Notes: generated by a model not told the origin, from the letters alone. Positions 1 to 9,088 are shown, counted from the first letter of the stretch. The stretch: 32,000 nt of DNA from Thermococcus kodakarensis KOD1 (GCF_000009965.1 NC_006624.1:720001-752000); one strand, 5' to 3'. Numbers and translations: made by a program.

Positions 1-600
1 GTTGTAGTGCCTCCAGGTCATCTCCCTTCCGTTCAGGTAGGCGGTGTTTCCATCCTCGCTCACGACCACGACGAGGTGATACCACCTTCCGGGCTTGAGG
101 TTGAAGCCGCTGTCGAAGCAGAGGGCAGGCTTATCTCCCTCCGGAATCCAGGTGACGTAGAGCCTCCTGTTGTTCTCACCGTTGTGCCCTATCTCAATTA
201 TGAAGAGGCTCTTTCCTTCCCTGTCGCCAAAGTAGAGGATTGGGAGGACATTCTGGTCGGTTTCCTCGTAGCGGAAGACGAGTGAAATAGCTCCAACCTT
301 CATGTCCGATATTTCTCCGATGGCATTGCTGAGGTCAACGTAGCCGTTCCCATCAAAATGGAGCACTCTTCCATATGCAGTGACGTTGCCGATTAAGGTT
401 CCATTGATGCTCTTGATGGGCCCAGTTGGAGTGGTGTAGAGTTTGAGCACCCCTTCTATGGGAGTCCCATCAATTGAGACTTCCTCCGATGTCTTCTTTG
501 AGTTCTCTTGATAGATGGCACTTGCAACGACTCCAATCGCTATGAGGTCTATAACTATGGCAATGAGGAGTATCCTCGCCCTGTCCATGCCACCACCCAT
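1..600 (-). CDS. LamG/concanavalin-A-like domain protein with N-terminal membrane anchor; 3' end lies beyond the window edge
   Basis: Absent from the ORF track because it is open at the window edge. Own translation from ATG at 600 (alt ATG 588) gives MGGGMDRARILLIAIVIDLIAIGVVASAIY (TM helix), then ...GNVTAYGRVLHFDGNGYVDLSN...LKPGRWYHLVVVVSEDGNTAYLNGREM, a typical LamG jelly-roll signature. No stop in 200 codons. A/T box about 27 nt upstream of the ATG. Confidence 0.6.
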   Translation of the reverse strand, partial: MGGGMDRARILLIAIVIDLIAIGVVASAIYQENSKKTSEEVSIDGTPIEGVLKLYTTPTGPIKSINGTLIGNVTAYGRVLHFDGNGYVDLSNAIGEISDMKVGAISLVFRYEETDQNVLPILYFGDREGKSLFIIEIGHNGENNRRLYVTWIPEGDKPALCFDSGFNLKPGRWYHLVVVVSEDGNTAYLNGREMTWRHYN

Positions 601-695
601 TAGGACTAGAGAGGATGTCGATATTAGGGACTCGGTGAAACCTGCCTGGTTCGATATGTTCTACATGTTCCAAATCGTTTCTTTAGCAAGAATAG

Positions 696-1777
696 TCACT
701 TTGATACTGTGGGCTTCAATTTTTTGGGAGCAGAAACGCCAATTCCGAGAACGGAGCGAAGCAGTTCTAATTCCCTCCTGTCCCAAGCATCTTCCTCGAG
801 GAGAATTATGAGCGCACCGTTTTCGACCACGAGGATATCGTGTATTGTTGCCAGGGCCTTGAGGAGAGCCTTAAAATCGTTGTACATCGCGAGTAATTCA
901 AGGCCCTCTACAAGAACCACCGGGGTTACACCCTTGTTCTTTGCCTCTGCAACGTATCTTGCCACCATGTCCACGATTTTATGGAGCTCGGTCGGGTATA
1001 TGCTCGTCTCGTCCCTTCCAGCAGCTGTTATCCAGTAGGTTTTCCATCCTGGAACGGAGATGCGCTTTCTCATGAAGGCCAGCACGGGATAGCCCTTCAG
1101 ACTTCTCTCCTCTATCTTCCGTGCTATGGTGACTCCAGACTTTATATTGATCTCTTCTGGAGTCTCCTCGATCATCCCTCCATGTAGAACAAGAAGGGAA
1201 TACGTTAACGTCACTATAATGGGAGCTGTTAAAACTACCCAATCGTTTGGATTGACAATTGGAACGCCCCGATTTCCAATCATAACAGCGGTACTGGTTG
1301 CTCCAACCCCGAGGAGAACTATGCTGGCCCCAAAGAGGTAGGCCCTCCAGCCGTACCGCTTTCCGAGGAACTCGATTATTAGAAAGCCCGCTAGGGCAAG
1401 GGTTATACCCGTGATCACATAAGGATAGCTCACGGCCCCAGTTGGGCGCCCAACTCCCAGTTCAAGAACAAGTGCTCCGAGAACCGAAGAGCCTATGGGA
1501 AGGAGGTAGAGGCCGTTTTCATTGTGAGTGGCATCATAGTGTCTATGTTCTCCTCATCGAGGAGAAGATTAAGGGCCGTGATTATAGTCGTACCCACAAC
1601 ACCGACTATAAGGCCAAAAAGAGTAGGATCACCAATATAGGCAGCGTAATCTACAGCACCACTCAATAAAAGCGCGATTCCAAGGAATAGGGCCGATTTT
1701 CTCTTTGTTCGAAGATGGATGTAAGCGAAAACGAGGAGAAGGACTGTCCTTAGTGATGTACCCAAAAGTATGTTCAT
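696..1777 (-). pseudogene. DUF835-type polytopic membrane protein with one frame break (ORFs 1493-1777 and 696-1553); real decay or a 1-nt sequencing error
   Basis: The C-terminal part (GVTPVVLVEGLELLAMYNDFKALLKALATIHDILVVENGALIILLEED) resembles the DUF835 cytoplasmic domain. The N-terminal ORF from ATG 1777 (MNILLGTSLRTVLLLVFAYIHL...GLIVGVVGTTIITALNLLL) is TM-helix-like. So is the upstream extension of the 696-1433 ORF (NGLYLLPIGSSVLGALVLELGV). The two overlap in different frames at 1493-1556. Total length is 1082 nt = 3n+2. Confidence 0.55.
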
Positions 1778-1808
1778 AAGCTTCCCTCTTTGGGGGTGGG
1801 GAAAGTGC

Positions 1809-1815
1809 TTTATAA
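1809..1815. promoter_or_regulatory. Palindromic A/T box TTTATAA shared by divergent genes (GTG 1838 on +, ATG 1777 on -)
   Basis: It is the only A/T box in the 60-bp divergent spacer. Its centre lies 26 nt from GTG 1838 and 35 nt from ATG 1777. Confidence 0.4.
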
Positions 1816-1837
1816 CGCTTTTGCCAAATTCTTGGGG

Positions 1838-2311
1838 GTGAGCGCATTGGCTAGTGATGAAAAGAAGAGGATAGGGATAAATGAAGTTAGAGCCATGGCA
1901 ATACGCTCCGAAATAGGCGCCGCCAGAGTGTATGAAGCACTTGCGGAACTTACCGAAAATGAAGAGATGAAGAAACTCTTCCTTACTCTGGCGAGGGAGG
2001 AGTGGGGCCACAAGGAGGTTGTGGAGAGGCTGATAAACGAGAAAACCCTTAGTCCTGTGGTAGAACTGCCAGAGGAGATAGTAACGGAGTTCGCCGTTCT
2101 CTATGAGAACGCTGAGAGGCTGCTCTCCCCTGAGACAACTGCTAAGGACGTTGTAGATGTGGCCCTTCGGGCAGAGCTGGCGAGCGAGAAGTTCTACGCG
2201 CACCTAATAGATTACGCAAAAGATGAGAAGGCAAGAAGCGCCCTCCAGATGTTGGCAAACATGGAAAGAGATCACTACTCAAGGCTGATGACGTGGAGGC
2301 TCCTGCTCTGA
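1838..2311 (+). CDS. Rubrerythrin/ferritin-like diiron four-helix-bundle protein (paralogue 1)
   Basis: Track ORF 1790-2311. It aligns by eye to the 2599-3123 protein: RSEIGAARVYEALA / NSEIRAKEAYEKLA, LAREEWGHKE / LAKEEDKHRE (ExxH), RAELASEKFY / QAELVSEKLY, MERDHY / MERNHY (ExxH). Start moved to GTG 1838, 26 nt downstream of the A/T box; start uncertain. Confidence 0.75.
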   Translation: MSALASDEKKRIGINEVRAMAIRSEIGAARVYEALAELTENEEMKKLFLTLAREEWGHKEVVERLINEKTLSPVVELPEEIVTEFAVLYENAERLLSPETTAKDVVDVALRAELASEKFYAHLIDYAKDEKARSALQMLANMERDHYSRLMTWRLLL

Positions 2312-2312
2312 A

Positions 2313-2488
2313 TCACTCGGCCTGGGCGTAGTAGCACCTCTTCGGCGAGACTATCTTCCCTTCTTCTTGAGCTTCTTTATCGCCCTGCCAACCTCCTTCT
2401 TATCGAGACCAGCTAACTCGGCTATTTCAGCAGACTTGAGCGGTCTGCCAGCTTCTTTGAGAACCTTGAACACCAGCTCGACACTCAT
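2313..2488 (-). CDS. Very small winged-helix DNA-binding protein; C-terminal tail is out of frame (in-frame stop at 2351-2353, homologous-looking tail continues to 2313)
   Basis: Below the track size cut-off. Own translation from ATG 2488: MSVELVFKVLKEAGRPLKSAEIAELAGLDKKEVGRAIKKLKKKGR*. The -1 frame continues EEGKIVSPKRCYYAQAE* and ends at 2313-2315. The 2313-2488 span is 176 nt (3n+2). Confidence 0.5.
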
Positions 2489-2598
2489 CTTCTTCCCCTC
2501 CTAGGTTCGCATTTTGAAGTTTCGAGGTTCGAACTTACGGGTTTAACGGCCGAAAGGGTTAATAGGGACGGTGTTCAATATGGTATTGGTGATTCTGC

Positions 2599-3123
2599 AT
2601 GGAAGTTACTGAGAAGGAAATCTTTGAGATTGCCGTAAACTCCGAGATCAGAGCCAAGGAGGCCTACGAAAAGCTCGCTTCTATGACCAAGAGCGACATT
2701 ATAAGAGATGAGCTTCTCTTCTTGGCCAAGGAAGAGGACAAGCACAGGGAGATAATAGAGAAGATGGCCGAGCGCTTTGCGGCCGAAGGTGGCGAGTCGA
2801 AGAAGATAGAGATGGAGGTCATGGGAGAGTTCAAGGTCATAGCCGAGAAGATGGCCGAGGCCATCAAGAAGCCTGATATCAACCTCGACGAGATATACGA
2901 GATAGCGATGCAGGCAGAGCTGGTGAGCGAGAAGCTCTACAAGGAGCTCGCCAAGTACGCGAGCAACGAGAAGACCAAGCTCCTCCTTGAGATGCTCGCG
3001 GACATGGAGAGGAACCACTACAACATCCTCAAGAAGCAGTACGACTACATAATGCGCTATCCAGAGCTCTACAAGGAAGAGCTCTACGACCAGCTCATGA
3101 AGGACATAAACTTCAACTTCTGA
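2599..3123 (+). CDS. Rubrerythrin/ferritin-like diiron four-helix-bundle protein (paralogue 2)
   Basis: Track ORF. Two E...ExxH pairs (EAYEKLA...EEDKHRE and AELVSEKLY...MERNHY). Confidence 0.8.
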   Translation: MEVTEKEIFEIAVNSEIRAKEAYEKLASMTKSDIIRDELLFLAKEEDKHREIIEKMAERFAAEGGESKKIEMEVMGEFKVIAEKMAEAIKKPDINLDEIYEIAMQAELVSEKLYKELAKYASNEKTKLLLEMLADMERNHYNILKKQYDYIMRYPELYKEELYDQLMKDINFNF

Positions 3124-3148
3124 GGCCTTTTGCCTTTCCTATTCTCTT

Positions 3149-4321
3149 TCAGGCCCTGTTGTACCTCGCAAAGAAGCCGTAGAATATCAGCGTTGCCACC
3201 ACGTACAGCGTGGCAGTCGCGTAGAACGGGTAGCTGAGCGAGATTGAGAAGAGCACTCCGCCGATGTAGTTCCCAGCGCCGCGCATGAATGTCGAGAAGG
3301 CCCTCCTTATCCCGGCGGCGGTGGCTTTCTCCTCTGTCGTGAAGAAGCCCATCATGAAGGAGTCGTTTATCGGCCAGACGATGTTCATGAGAATGGAACG
3401 AACGATGTAGAGGAAGGCCGCCAGAAGGAAGACGTCAATTAGCGGGAAGGTAGCGAAGAGCAGGGCCGCGACGAGCTGGAAGGACGTTATGACGTTCACG
3501 GGCCCTATCTTCTCCACCAGCTTTGGAAGGCCGAAGGAGCCGAGACCCATGACAAGCTGCTGGAAGAAGAAGACACCGCTTATTGCCGCCAAAGTCTGGC
3601 CAAAGCGGATGTTGAAGTATAGGCTCATGTAGGGAATCGTTATACCAGCCCCAAGCCCGATGAGGGCGCTTGGCAGGGAGAACTTAAGGATTTTGATTAC
3701 CAGCTCCCGGTTCCAGTTTATCCTCGGGTTCTTCACGGGGACATCGTGGATAACAAGCAGTGCTGGAATCACCAGGGCGAACTGGAGAAGCGCGAGCGAG
3801 ATGACCAGACGGTAGGCTATTTCGGGGATAAGCCCGAAGGTCTCGGTCAGAAAATCTGGAGCAAAGCCCGCTATGAGGACTCCGATTGCGTTGAATATCG
3901 TCCCGAGGCCGAAGCTGATCGAGAAGGCGTGGTGTCTGAGCTTTTCTCCAACCTCTTCGCTTAACAGTGCAGAGAAATTGGGCTGTCTGATGCCCATATT
4001 AACACCAACGAGGAAAAATCCGAGGAGTAGGAAGTACTTGTTTAGCGCCAGAACCTGGAAAAGCCTCCCCAAAAGGCCTAAGACTGCTCCCATGAGAAGG
4101 GTCTTCCTATAGCCAAGCCTGAGGGAAATCTGGCCAGCTATGAGGAAGAACAGCCCGCCGATGAAGGTCTGGACGGAGAAGAAGAGCCCCATTGAATCCA
4201 TGCCGTAGCCGAGGGCGCGGAGATAGAATGGCATTATGAATATCGAGAACTGGAGGAACAGTTGACCCACTGCATTGGCCGCTATGAGTATCTTCGCGTC
4301 CCTTCCGTAACCGCTGAGCAT
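3149..4321 (-). CDS. MFS-type transporter
   Basis: 390-aa track ORF with about 12 hydrophobic segments and an MFS-like loop (GQISLRLGYRKT). A/T box TTATAAAC about 25 nt upstream of ATG 4321. Confidence 0.75.
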   Translation of the reverse strand: MLSGYGRDAKILIAANAVGQLFLQFSIFIMPFYLRALGYGMDSMGLFFSVQTFIGGLFFLIAGQISLRLGYRKTLLMGAVLGLLGRLFQVLALNKYFLLLGFFLVGVNMGIRQPNFSALLSEEVGEKLRHHAFSISFGLGTIFNAIGVLIAGFAPDFLTETFGLIPEIAYRLVISLALLQFALVIPALLVIHDVPVKNPRINWNRELVIKILKFSLPSALIGLGAGITIPYMSLYFNIRFGQTLAAISGVFFFQQLVMGLGSFGLPKLVEKIGPVNVITSFQLVAALLFATFPLIDVFLLAAFLYIVRSILMNIVWPINDSFMMGFFTTEEKATAAGIRRAFSTFMRGAGNYIGGVLFSISLSYPFYATATLYVVATLIFYGFFARYNRA

Positions 4322-4425
4322 GGTTGAAGTTCCTGTTGGTGCGTTTATAAGGTTATCGAAACGCTTCTCCCAAGCTGTTGCTGAATGGAGTGCTGAATCT
4401 TAGAAGGGGCAAAAAGTTGGAATCC

Positions 4426-5511
4426 TCAAGCCCCGTAAAGCTCTTTTTTCAGCTCTTTCTCTATGGAAAATGCCTTTCTAATGTCTCCAATAACCACAGC
4501 TCCGACCAGTTTTCCGTCCTGGAAGAATGCCTTGGTGTGCTCGTCGAGCCACTCGCCCTCTCCCCTCGTCTTTCCAATGATGGCTATCGGCAGGTCGCCG
4601 AACTTGAAGACTGAGGAGCGGAGTTCGAAGGGATAGCGGTCTTCTTTTCCCCTCAAGAGGTTTGCCAGAACCTTCGCGTGGCCGGCGGCGGCCTTTGCAG
4701 TGCCGCAGATGATCCCGCTGTACTCTGCGCAGTCTCCGATGGCATAGACATCCTTAGCGGATGTCCTGAAGTGGTCGTCTATCAGAATCCCTCTTCCTGT
4801 GTGTATGCCGCTCCTCCTCGCTATCTCGACGTTTGGAGTGATTCCTATAGCGCAGATTTTTACTTTCCCTTCAATGTAGCCCCTTGTTGTTAGAAGGCCG
4901 TTCTCATCGGCCTTCAGGAGTTCCGCGCCGAGATGGAACTCAACTCCTGATTCCTCCAGCTTTTCCCTTATCAGGCTACTGAGTTCTTCATCGAGGCCGA
5001 GAAAAGTATCCCTCCGGTGGATCAGCTTGACGCCGTAGCCGGCCTTTGCGAGGTTCCCGGCCAGTTCGAGGCCGATGAAACCTCCGCCGATTATCACAGC
5101 CTCCCCGTGCTCCTCAAGCAGGGCCTTTATCCCCTCCGCGTCCTCAATGCTTCTGAGTGTGAGGAGGTGCTCCTTGCCATCGACGGTAGGCTCCCTCGCT
5201 CTCGCTCCAGTGGCTATAACGAGGATATCATAAGGGTATTCGCCTTTATCCGTGACGAGAACCTTCCTCACCCTGTCTATCAGTTTAGCCTCTTCGCCAA
5301 GCTTCAGGTTTATTCCTTTCCTCTCGTACCAATCAAGGGGGTATATGAAGAGCTTTTCCTTCTCAATCAGACCCGCTATGTAGTGGCTCAGCATGGGCTT
5401 TGAGTAGAATGGGACTTCTTCTCTCTCAAAGATGAGTACTTCGTGCTCTCCGGACAGTTCTTTGGCAAGCTCAACGCCGCCGGGGCCGTTTCCAATGATA
5501 ACGATTTCCAT
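4426..5511 (-). CDS. FAD/NAD(P)H pyridine-nucleotide-disulfide-family oxidoreductase, NAD(P)H:rubredoxin oxidoreductase (NROR)-like
   Basis: Start trimmed to [12 protein letters not shown] (first Rossmann GxGxxG). A second Rossmann motif is present ([15 protein letters not shown]), plus AIGDCA near the C-terminus. At 361 aa it is similar in size to the Pyrococcus NROR as I recall it. Confidence 0.75.
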   Translation of the reverse strand: MEIVIIGNGPGGVELAKELSGEHEVLIFEREEVPFYSKPMLSHYIAGLIEKEKLFIYPLDWYERKGINLKLGEEAKLIDRVRKVLVTDKGEYPYDILVIATGARAREPTVDGKEHLLTLRSIEDAEGIKALLEEHGEAVIIGGGFIGLELAGNLAKAGYGVKLIHRRDTFLGLDEELSSLIREKLEESGVEFHLGAELLKADENGLLTTRGYIEGKVKICAIGITPNVEIARRSGIHTGRGILIDDHFRTSAKDVYAIGDCAEYSGIICGTAKAAAGHAKVLANLLRGKEDRYPFELRSSVFKFGDLPIAIIGKTRGEGEWLDEHTKAFFQDGKLVGAVVIGDIRKAFSIEKELKKELYGA

Positions 5512-5710
5512 AATCTTTGCACCGACAGAATTTCTCCGCGGTGTATTTAAGGAGTTCGAGAACTCTAGGTTTACAACCACAAGAGACAACAATGTCTCAA
5601 TCCCCTCACGCAAAAATATACCTCCATTGCTCAATTATAATCCTGTGAACTGTACTCTCGGCACTGGTAATCCTTATCTGGTGAATACCCTGCTATCATA
5701 GGGGATCTGC

Positions 5711-6256
5711 ATGGATGTGCTCAAAGTCCTTAAATGGTCCGGCTTAACGGGCGGCATCGTCTACTGGCTCTTCGTCGCGTGGAGCATAAGTAGAAATGGG
5801 TGGTTCTCCTTCTTCCACAACGCCCTCAGCGACCTCGGCGACCCGTCAAAGGCGTCATCGCCGTGGATATACAACTACGGTCTGATAGCGACGAGCATCT
5901 TCGTCCTCGCCTTTGCCATCTACCTCATTCTGAGTGCCAAAAACAAGCTTCAAACGGTTGGAGGGGCTTACATCAGTATCTCGGCGATATTTCTGGCTCT
6001 CATAGGGATCTTCCACGGCGGAACGAGGCCCCACGTCTTTGTCTCGACGTACTTCTTCGTTCAGTTCTTCCTCGGAGCGCTGGTTTACGGTGCTGGGAGC
6101 GAGAAGAGGGAGGTCAAGTACGGCTCCATCCTGATCTTCCTGCTTGCTCTCTTCGGGACTTTCGTCCACTGGCCTTCCTTGGCGCTCGAGGAGACATACG
6201 AGATAGCGCTGGTGATGGCTTTCACGCTCCTAGTGGCGCTGAAAAGTGGAAGTTAA
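5711..6256 (+). CDS. Small polytopic membrane protein (DUF998-like)
   Basis: 181-aa track ORF with about 6 TM segments. It contains NALSDLGD, as I remember for DUF998. The overlapping +2-frame ORF 5800-6279 is Arg/Pro-rich shadow. Confidence 0.55.
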   Translation: MDVLKVLKWSGLTGGIVYWLFVAWSISRNGWFSFFHNALSDLGDPSKASSPWIYNYGLIATSIFVLAFAIYLILSAKNKLQTVGGAYISISAIFLALIGIFHGGTRPHVFVSTYFFVQFFLGALVYGAGSEKREVKYGSILIFLLALFGTFVHWPSLALEETYEIALVMAFTLLVALKSGS

Positions 6257-6464
6257 AACACTCGATCTTTACAATTTGATACTTTTGATTAATGAGCATC
6301 CTCTTCGTTAACTTCCTCCAGGGGTATCCAACTCGATATACTGAGGTTACGAGAACGAAGTTTGAACTTTCTATTCGTTTTATCTTAGGATAATAAGAAT
6401 TCTTACGCCCTCATAGAAAGCCTTATATCCAAGTTCGAACCTATGTATGAAGTGGAGGGATAAT

Positions 6465-6650
6465 ATGGCCGTGAAAATGGGCATCAAGTTCTTTGACGAG
6501 AACATTCTGAAAGACGGGTTCCCGGAGGGCTTCACTGTCCTCGTGGCGGGAGAACCCGGTGCTGGAAAGACCATCCTCGGCTCCACGTTCCTATACAACG
6601 GCATGGAGCAGTTCGGGGAGAATGAGTCCAGATGCACGACCTCAGCATAG
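6465..6650 (+). pseudogene. N-terminal fragment (~55 aa) of a KaiC/RecA-superfamily ATPase
   Basis: MAVKMGIKFFDENILKDGFPEGFTVLVAGEPGAGKTILGSTFLYNGMEQFGEN carries a Walker A (GEPGAGKT), then loses similarity and stops. SD GGAGGGA and an A/T box lie upstream. Confidence 0.6.
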
Positions 6651-6790
6651 GAAGGAGCGCCAAGGAAATCCTGAGAAGGCTCAAGGCTTCCAAGTACGTC
6701 CGCGAGCATCCTGGTAAGGTCTGCCCCGCGAGCTGGGAGCCAGGGAAGGAAGCCCTGGATGTCAGTCTTGAGCTGGTGGGGAAGCTTTGA
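6626..6790 (+). pseudogene. C-terminal fragment (~54 aa) of a typical 2-Cys peroxiredoxin (AhpC/Prx1-like)
   Basis: Own translation in frame +2: VQMHDLSIGRSAKEILRRLKASKYVREHPGKVCPASWEPGKEALDVSLELVGKL*. This matches the Prx tail pattern ...NDLPVGRS..E.LR...A.Q....HGEVCPA.W.PG. It retains the resolving-Cys VCP motif, but the peroxidatic-Cys region is absent. Confidence 0.65.
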
Positions 6791-6883
6791 GTTATTCTCT
6801 TTTTACCTCTCAACCGCCTTATCGCACACCACCCTTTTTGTGCCTTCAAAAAAAGTTTTATTCCCTGAGTCCGAGCTCCCGCC

Positions 6884-7798
6884 ATGAACGCGATAAAGAG
6901 ACTCCTCGCGGCCCTCTCGCTCGGCTACGTCCTCTACTTCTACTCCGAGCTCGCCTTCTGGGGCAGGTGGAAGGCTGACGATACCATCATCGGGGCCATT
7001 ATGACGTGGCTAATCTACTCAGTTTTGGCGTTCTTCGTCCTCCTGATGGCGGAGCGCCTCAAGGCTGATTCCCCCTACTCCGTCTTTCTGGTGGGAGCGG
7101 TCTTCGGCTGGCTCGTTGAGGGTGTTATCGTCCAAGAAGCATACAAGGCCTTTCCCTTCCAGCTTGTATGGACGCCTTTAGCTTGGCACGCCCTGATTTC
7201 CATGCTCCTGGGGGCTTATCTCGCGAGAAGGGCCATTGGTGAGTGGAGCCTCCCTCGAGCGGCGGTCCTTTTTGCCGGCCTCGGCGTTTTCTTCGGCCTC
7301 TGGGCGACCTACTGGAAGCTTGAGGACGGCTACGCGGTGAGCGTTGGACACTTCGCGGCCTACACGTTAATTTCGACGGTCTTTCTCGTGGTCGCGTACT
7401 TTACCTTCGACTTGACCGTTCCCGAGGAGTTTATCCCGACCAGGTGGGAGATTGGGGCGTTCGGCACGGTGGTGGCGTTCTTCGCCCTCTTCACGTTTAT
7501 AGCGGTGCCCTTTTCACCCCTTGTGCTTCTCCCTCTGCTTGCCCTGACGCTGTACGCACTCAAAGGGCTGAAGGGTGAGAAGAACTTCCTCAGGGGTTCG
7601 AGGGCTCCCGCCTACAGGTACCTACCTCCCCTCATTATTCCCCTCTTCGCCGTGCCCACATATGCCGCACTGAAGGATGTCCGGTTTGAGGTGAACGTCC
7701 CGGTGGCACTCGTAACGTCGGGAGTGGGGCTGTTCCTATACGTTAAAGGCATCTACCGCGGGCTGAAGGCCCGGCGTTCTGGAAAAATTTGGGATTAA
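6884..7798 (+). CDS. Polytopic membrane protein of unknown function
   Basis: 304-aa track ORF with about 8-9 hydrophobic segments. A/T box about 25 nt upstream of ATG 6884. I recognise no family motif. Confidence 0.6.
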   Translation: MNAIKRLLAALSLGYVLYFYSELAFWGRWKADDTIIGAIMTWLIYSVLAFFVLLMAERLKADSPYSVFLVGAVFGWLVEGVIVQEAYKAFPFQLVWTPLAWHALISMLLGAYLARRAIGEWSLPRAAVLFAGLGVFFGLWATYWKLEDGYAVSVGHFAAYTLISTVFLVVAYFTFDLTVPEEFIPTRWEIGAFGTVVAFFALFTFIAVPFSPLVLLPLLALTLYALKGLKGEKNFLRGSRAPAYRYLPPLIIPLFAVPTYAALKDVRFEVNVPVALVTSGVGLFLYVKGIYRGLKARRSGKIWD

Positions 7799-7892
7799 TG
7801 ATCGTTGGTTAGGGATATGCGTGTGTAGATAATATCCCGCTACTAACTGGCCCATATTAAAGCAGGTATTCAACGGCCACAACCGAAAAAGC

Positions 7893-9032
7893 CTAAGTTT
7901 TGGACACTTTTCTCCCAAAGCTCAACTGGAGAGCGTAGCCTAATACCAGCATAAAGAGCGAAGTGGTTATAAGCCCCATCATTATTCCAACGCAGTTGAA
8001 GAGAAGCCCAAGAAGAACGTTCAGAACTCCACTTGTTATTGCTGCCGTGAGGGAGTAAAGAGAGCCCAACGTTGCCCTTTTCTCGTCTGGAATAGCAGCT
8101 TGGAACCGTCCCTGCCACTCCTTAAAGCTCTGGGTAAAAACGAATGTGCCAAGAATCATCGTAAGAAAGCCAAACCACTCATTGAGACCTGCAAAAAACA
8201 GAAGGATGGGTAAAATAGCGCCAGCTTTATCGTAGATCCATTTCCTATATTTCCCGGTGTCTATGTACCATGAAGCACTGTTAATTACGGCTTGAAGGGC
8301 CATGACCATAGAGACTCCAAGGACAGAGGAGAGGACATCGTAAAAGTAGAGCTGCATAAAGGAGGTAAAAGCGGCGAAGGAAAGCCCGATGAAGTTCGCA
8401 TATACGATGAGCCACGCCACAACGGAAGAGCTTCGAACGAAATCTATGCTCTCAAAAATGTGGGACATGTAAGATGTCCTGCTTTTTACCGTGTCCGCAG
8501 GAATTGTTGCCGTGAGCACCAGCGACAGCAGGAAGAACGGTGCGCTCATTAGGACGGCGAACCTCATTCCAAAAGTCTCCGCCAGCATGCCACCAGTGAT
8601 CATCCCCACGAGCCCACCAGCCAGTTCAAAAGCCCTTAGCCTGCCGTATACCCTGGGATAGTCGTTAGCCCTGCCGTCCCTGCTGAGCAGTTCGTAAACC
8701 CAGGCGGTTTCTGCACCAGTTCTAAATGCCGTGGCCAGCGCGGCAATTATCATGGAAGCGAGAACCATGGGAAAAGAGCTTGCCAGATATAGAACTGTCA
8801 CGTAGAGGACGGAGAGGCCCTCAGAGAGAAGGACGCTCAGCTTCTTTGAGACTCTGTCGGCAACCACGCCCGTTGGCACCTCAAGGAGGGCGACTAAAAT
8901 TAAAGAGAGACCCATCAGGAAGCCGATCTGGGCCTTTGAAAGCCCAATCTCCTGGAGGTAAACCAGAAAGAAACCAGAGTAAAAGGCTATCCTGAGGAAT
9001 CCAGATAGGTAAAAGCGGGTTGTGTAGTCCAA
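7893..9032 (-). CDS. MFS-type transporter, immediately downstream of copR on the same strand
   Basis: Track ORF 7893-9242 overlaps the copR 3' end, so the start is trimmed to in-frame TTG 9032 (LDYTTRFYLSGFLRIAFYSGF...); start uncertain. MFS loop motif EVPTGVVADRVSKK. Confidence 0.65.
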   Translation of the reverse strand: MDYTTRFYLSGFLRIAFYSGFFLVYLQEIGLSKAQIGFLMGLSLILVALLEVPTGVVADRVSKKLSVLLSEGLSVLYVTVLYLASSFPMVLASMIIAALATAFRTGAETAWVYELLSRDGRANDYPRVYGRLRAFELAGGLVGMITGGMLAETFGMRFAVLMSAPFFLLSLVLTATIPADTVKSRTSYMSHIFESIDFVRSSSVVAWLIVYANFIGLSFAAFTSFMQLYFYDVLSSVLGVSMVMALQAVINSASWYIDTGKYRKWIYDKAGAILPILLFFAGLNEWFGFLTMILGTFVFTQSFKEWQGRFQAAIPDEKRATLGSLYSLTAAITSGVLNVLLGLLFNCVGIMMGLITTSLFMLVLGYALQLSFGRKVSKT

Positions 9033-9088
9033 GTCTAACCCCCCATATCGAGGGACTAATCCTACATCACCTATGCTCGTGAGATTCT

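Noticed and set aside
7-285. 92-aa plus-strand ORF at the left edge.
   Set aside because: The opposite strand encodes an uninterrupted 200-codon LamG-type protein with an N-terminal TM helix and a promoter. The plus-strand ORF is its shadow.
5569-5577. GTTTACAAC (SurR core GTTn3AAC) in the NROR-like/DUF998 spacer.
   Set aside because: The 6-specified-base palindromic core is expected about 8 times per 32 kb by chance. The extended n5GTT part is absent (GAG instead). I do not recall NROR being in the SurR regulon.
6394-6405. Perfect 12-bp palindrome TAAGAATTCTTA upstream of the KaiC-like fragment.
   Set aside because: 6-bp-arm perfect palindromes are expected several times per 32 kb. There is no second copy, and it sits in front of a degraded gene.
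7812-7838. Hairpin GGGATAT-N13-ATATCCC between the convergent membrane-protein and MFS genes, considered as a terminator or small RNA.
   Set aside because: Short stem with a large loop. Archaeal termination mainly uses T-tracts. No C/D-box (RUGAUGA...CUGA) or other RNA signature accompanies it.
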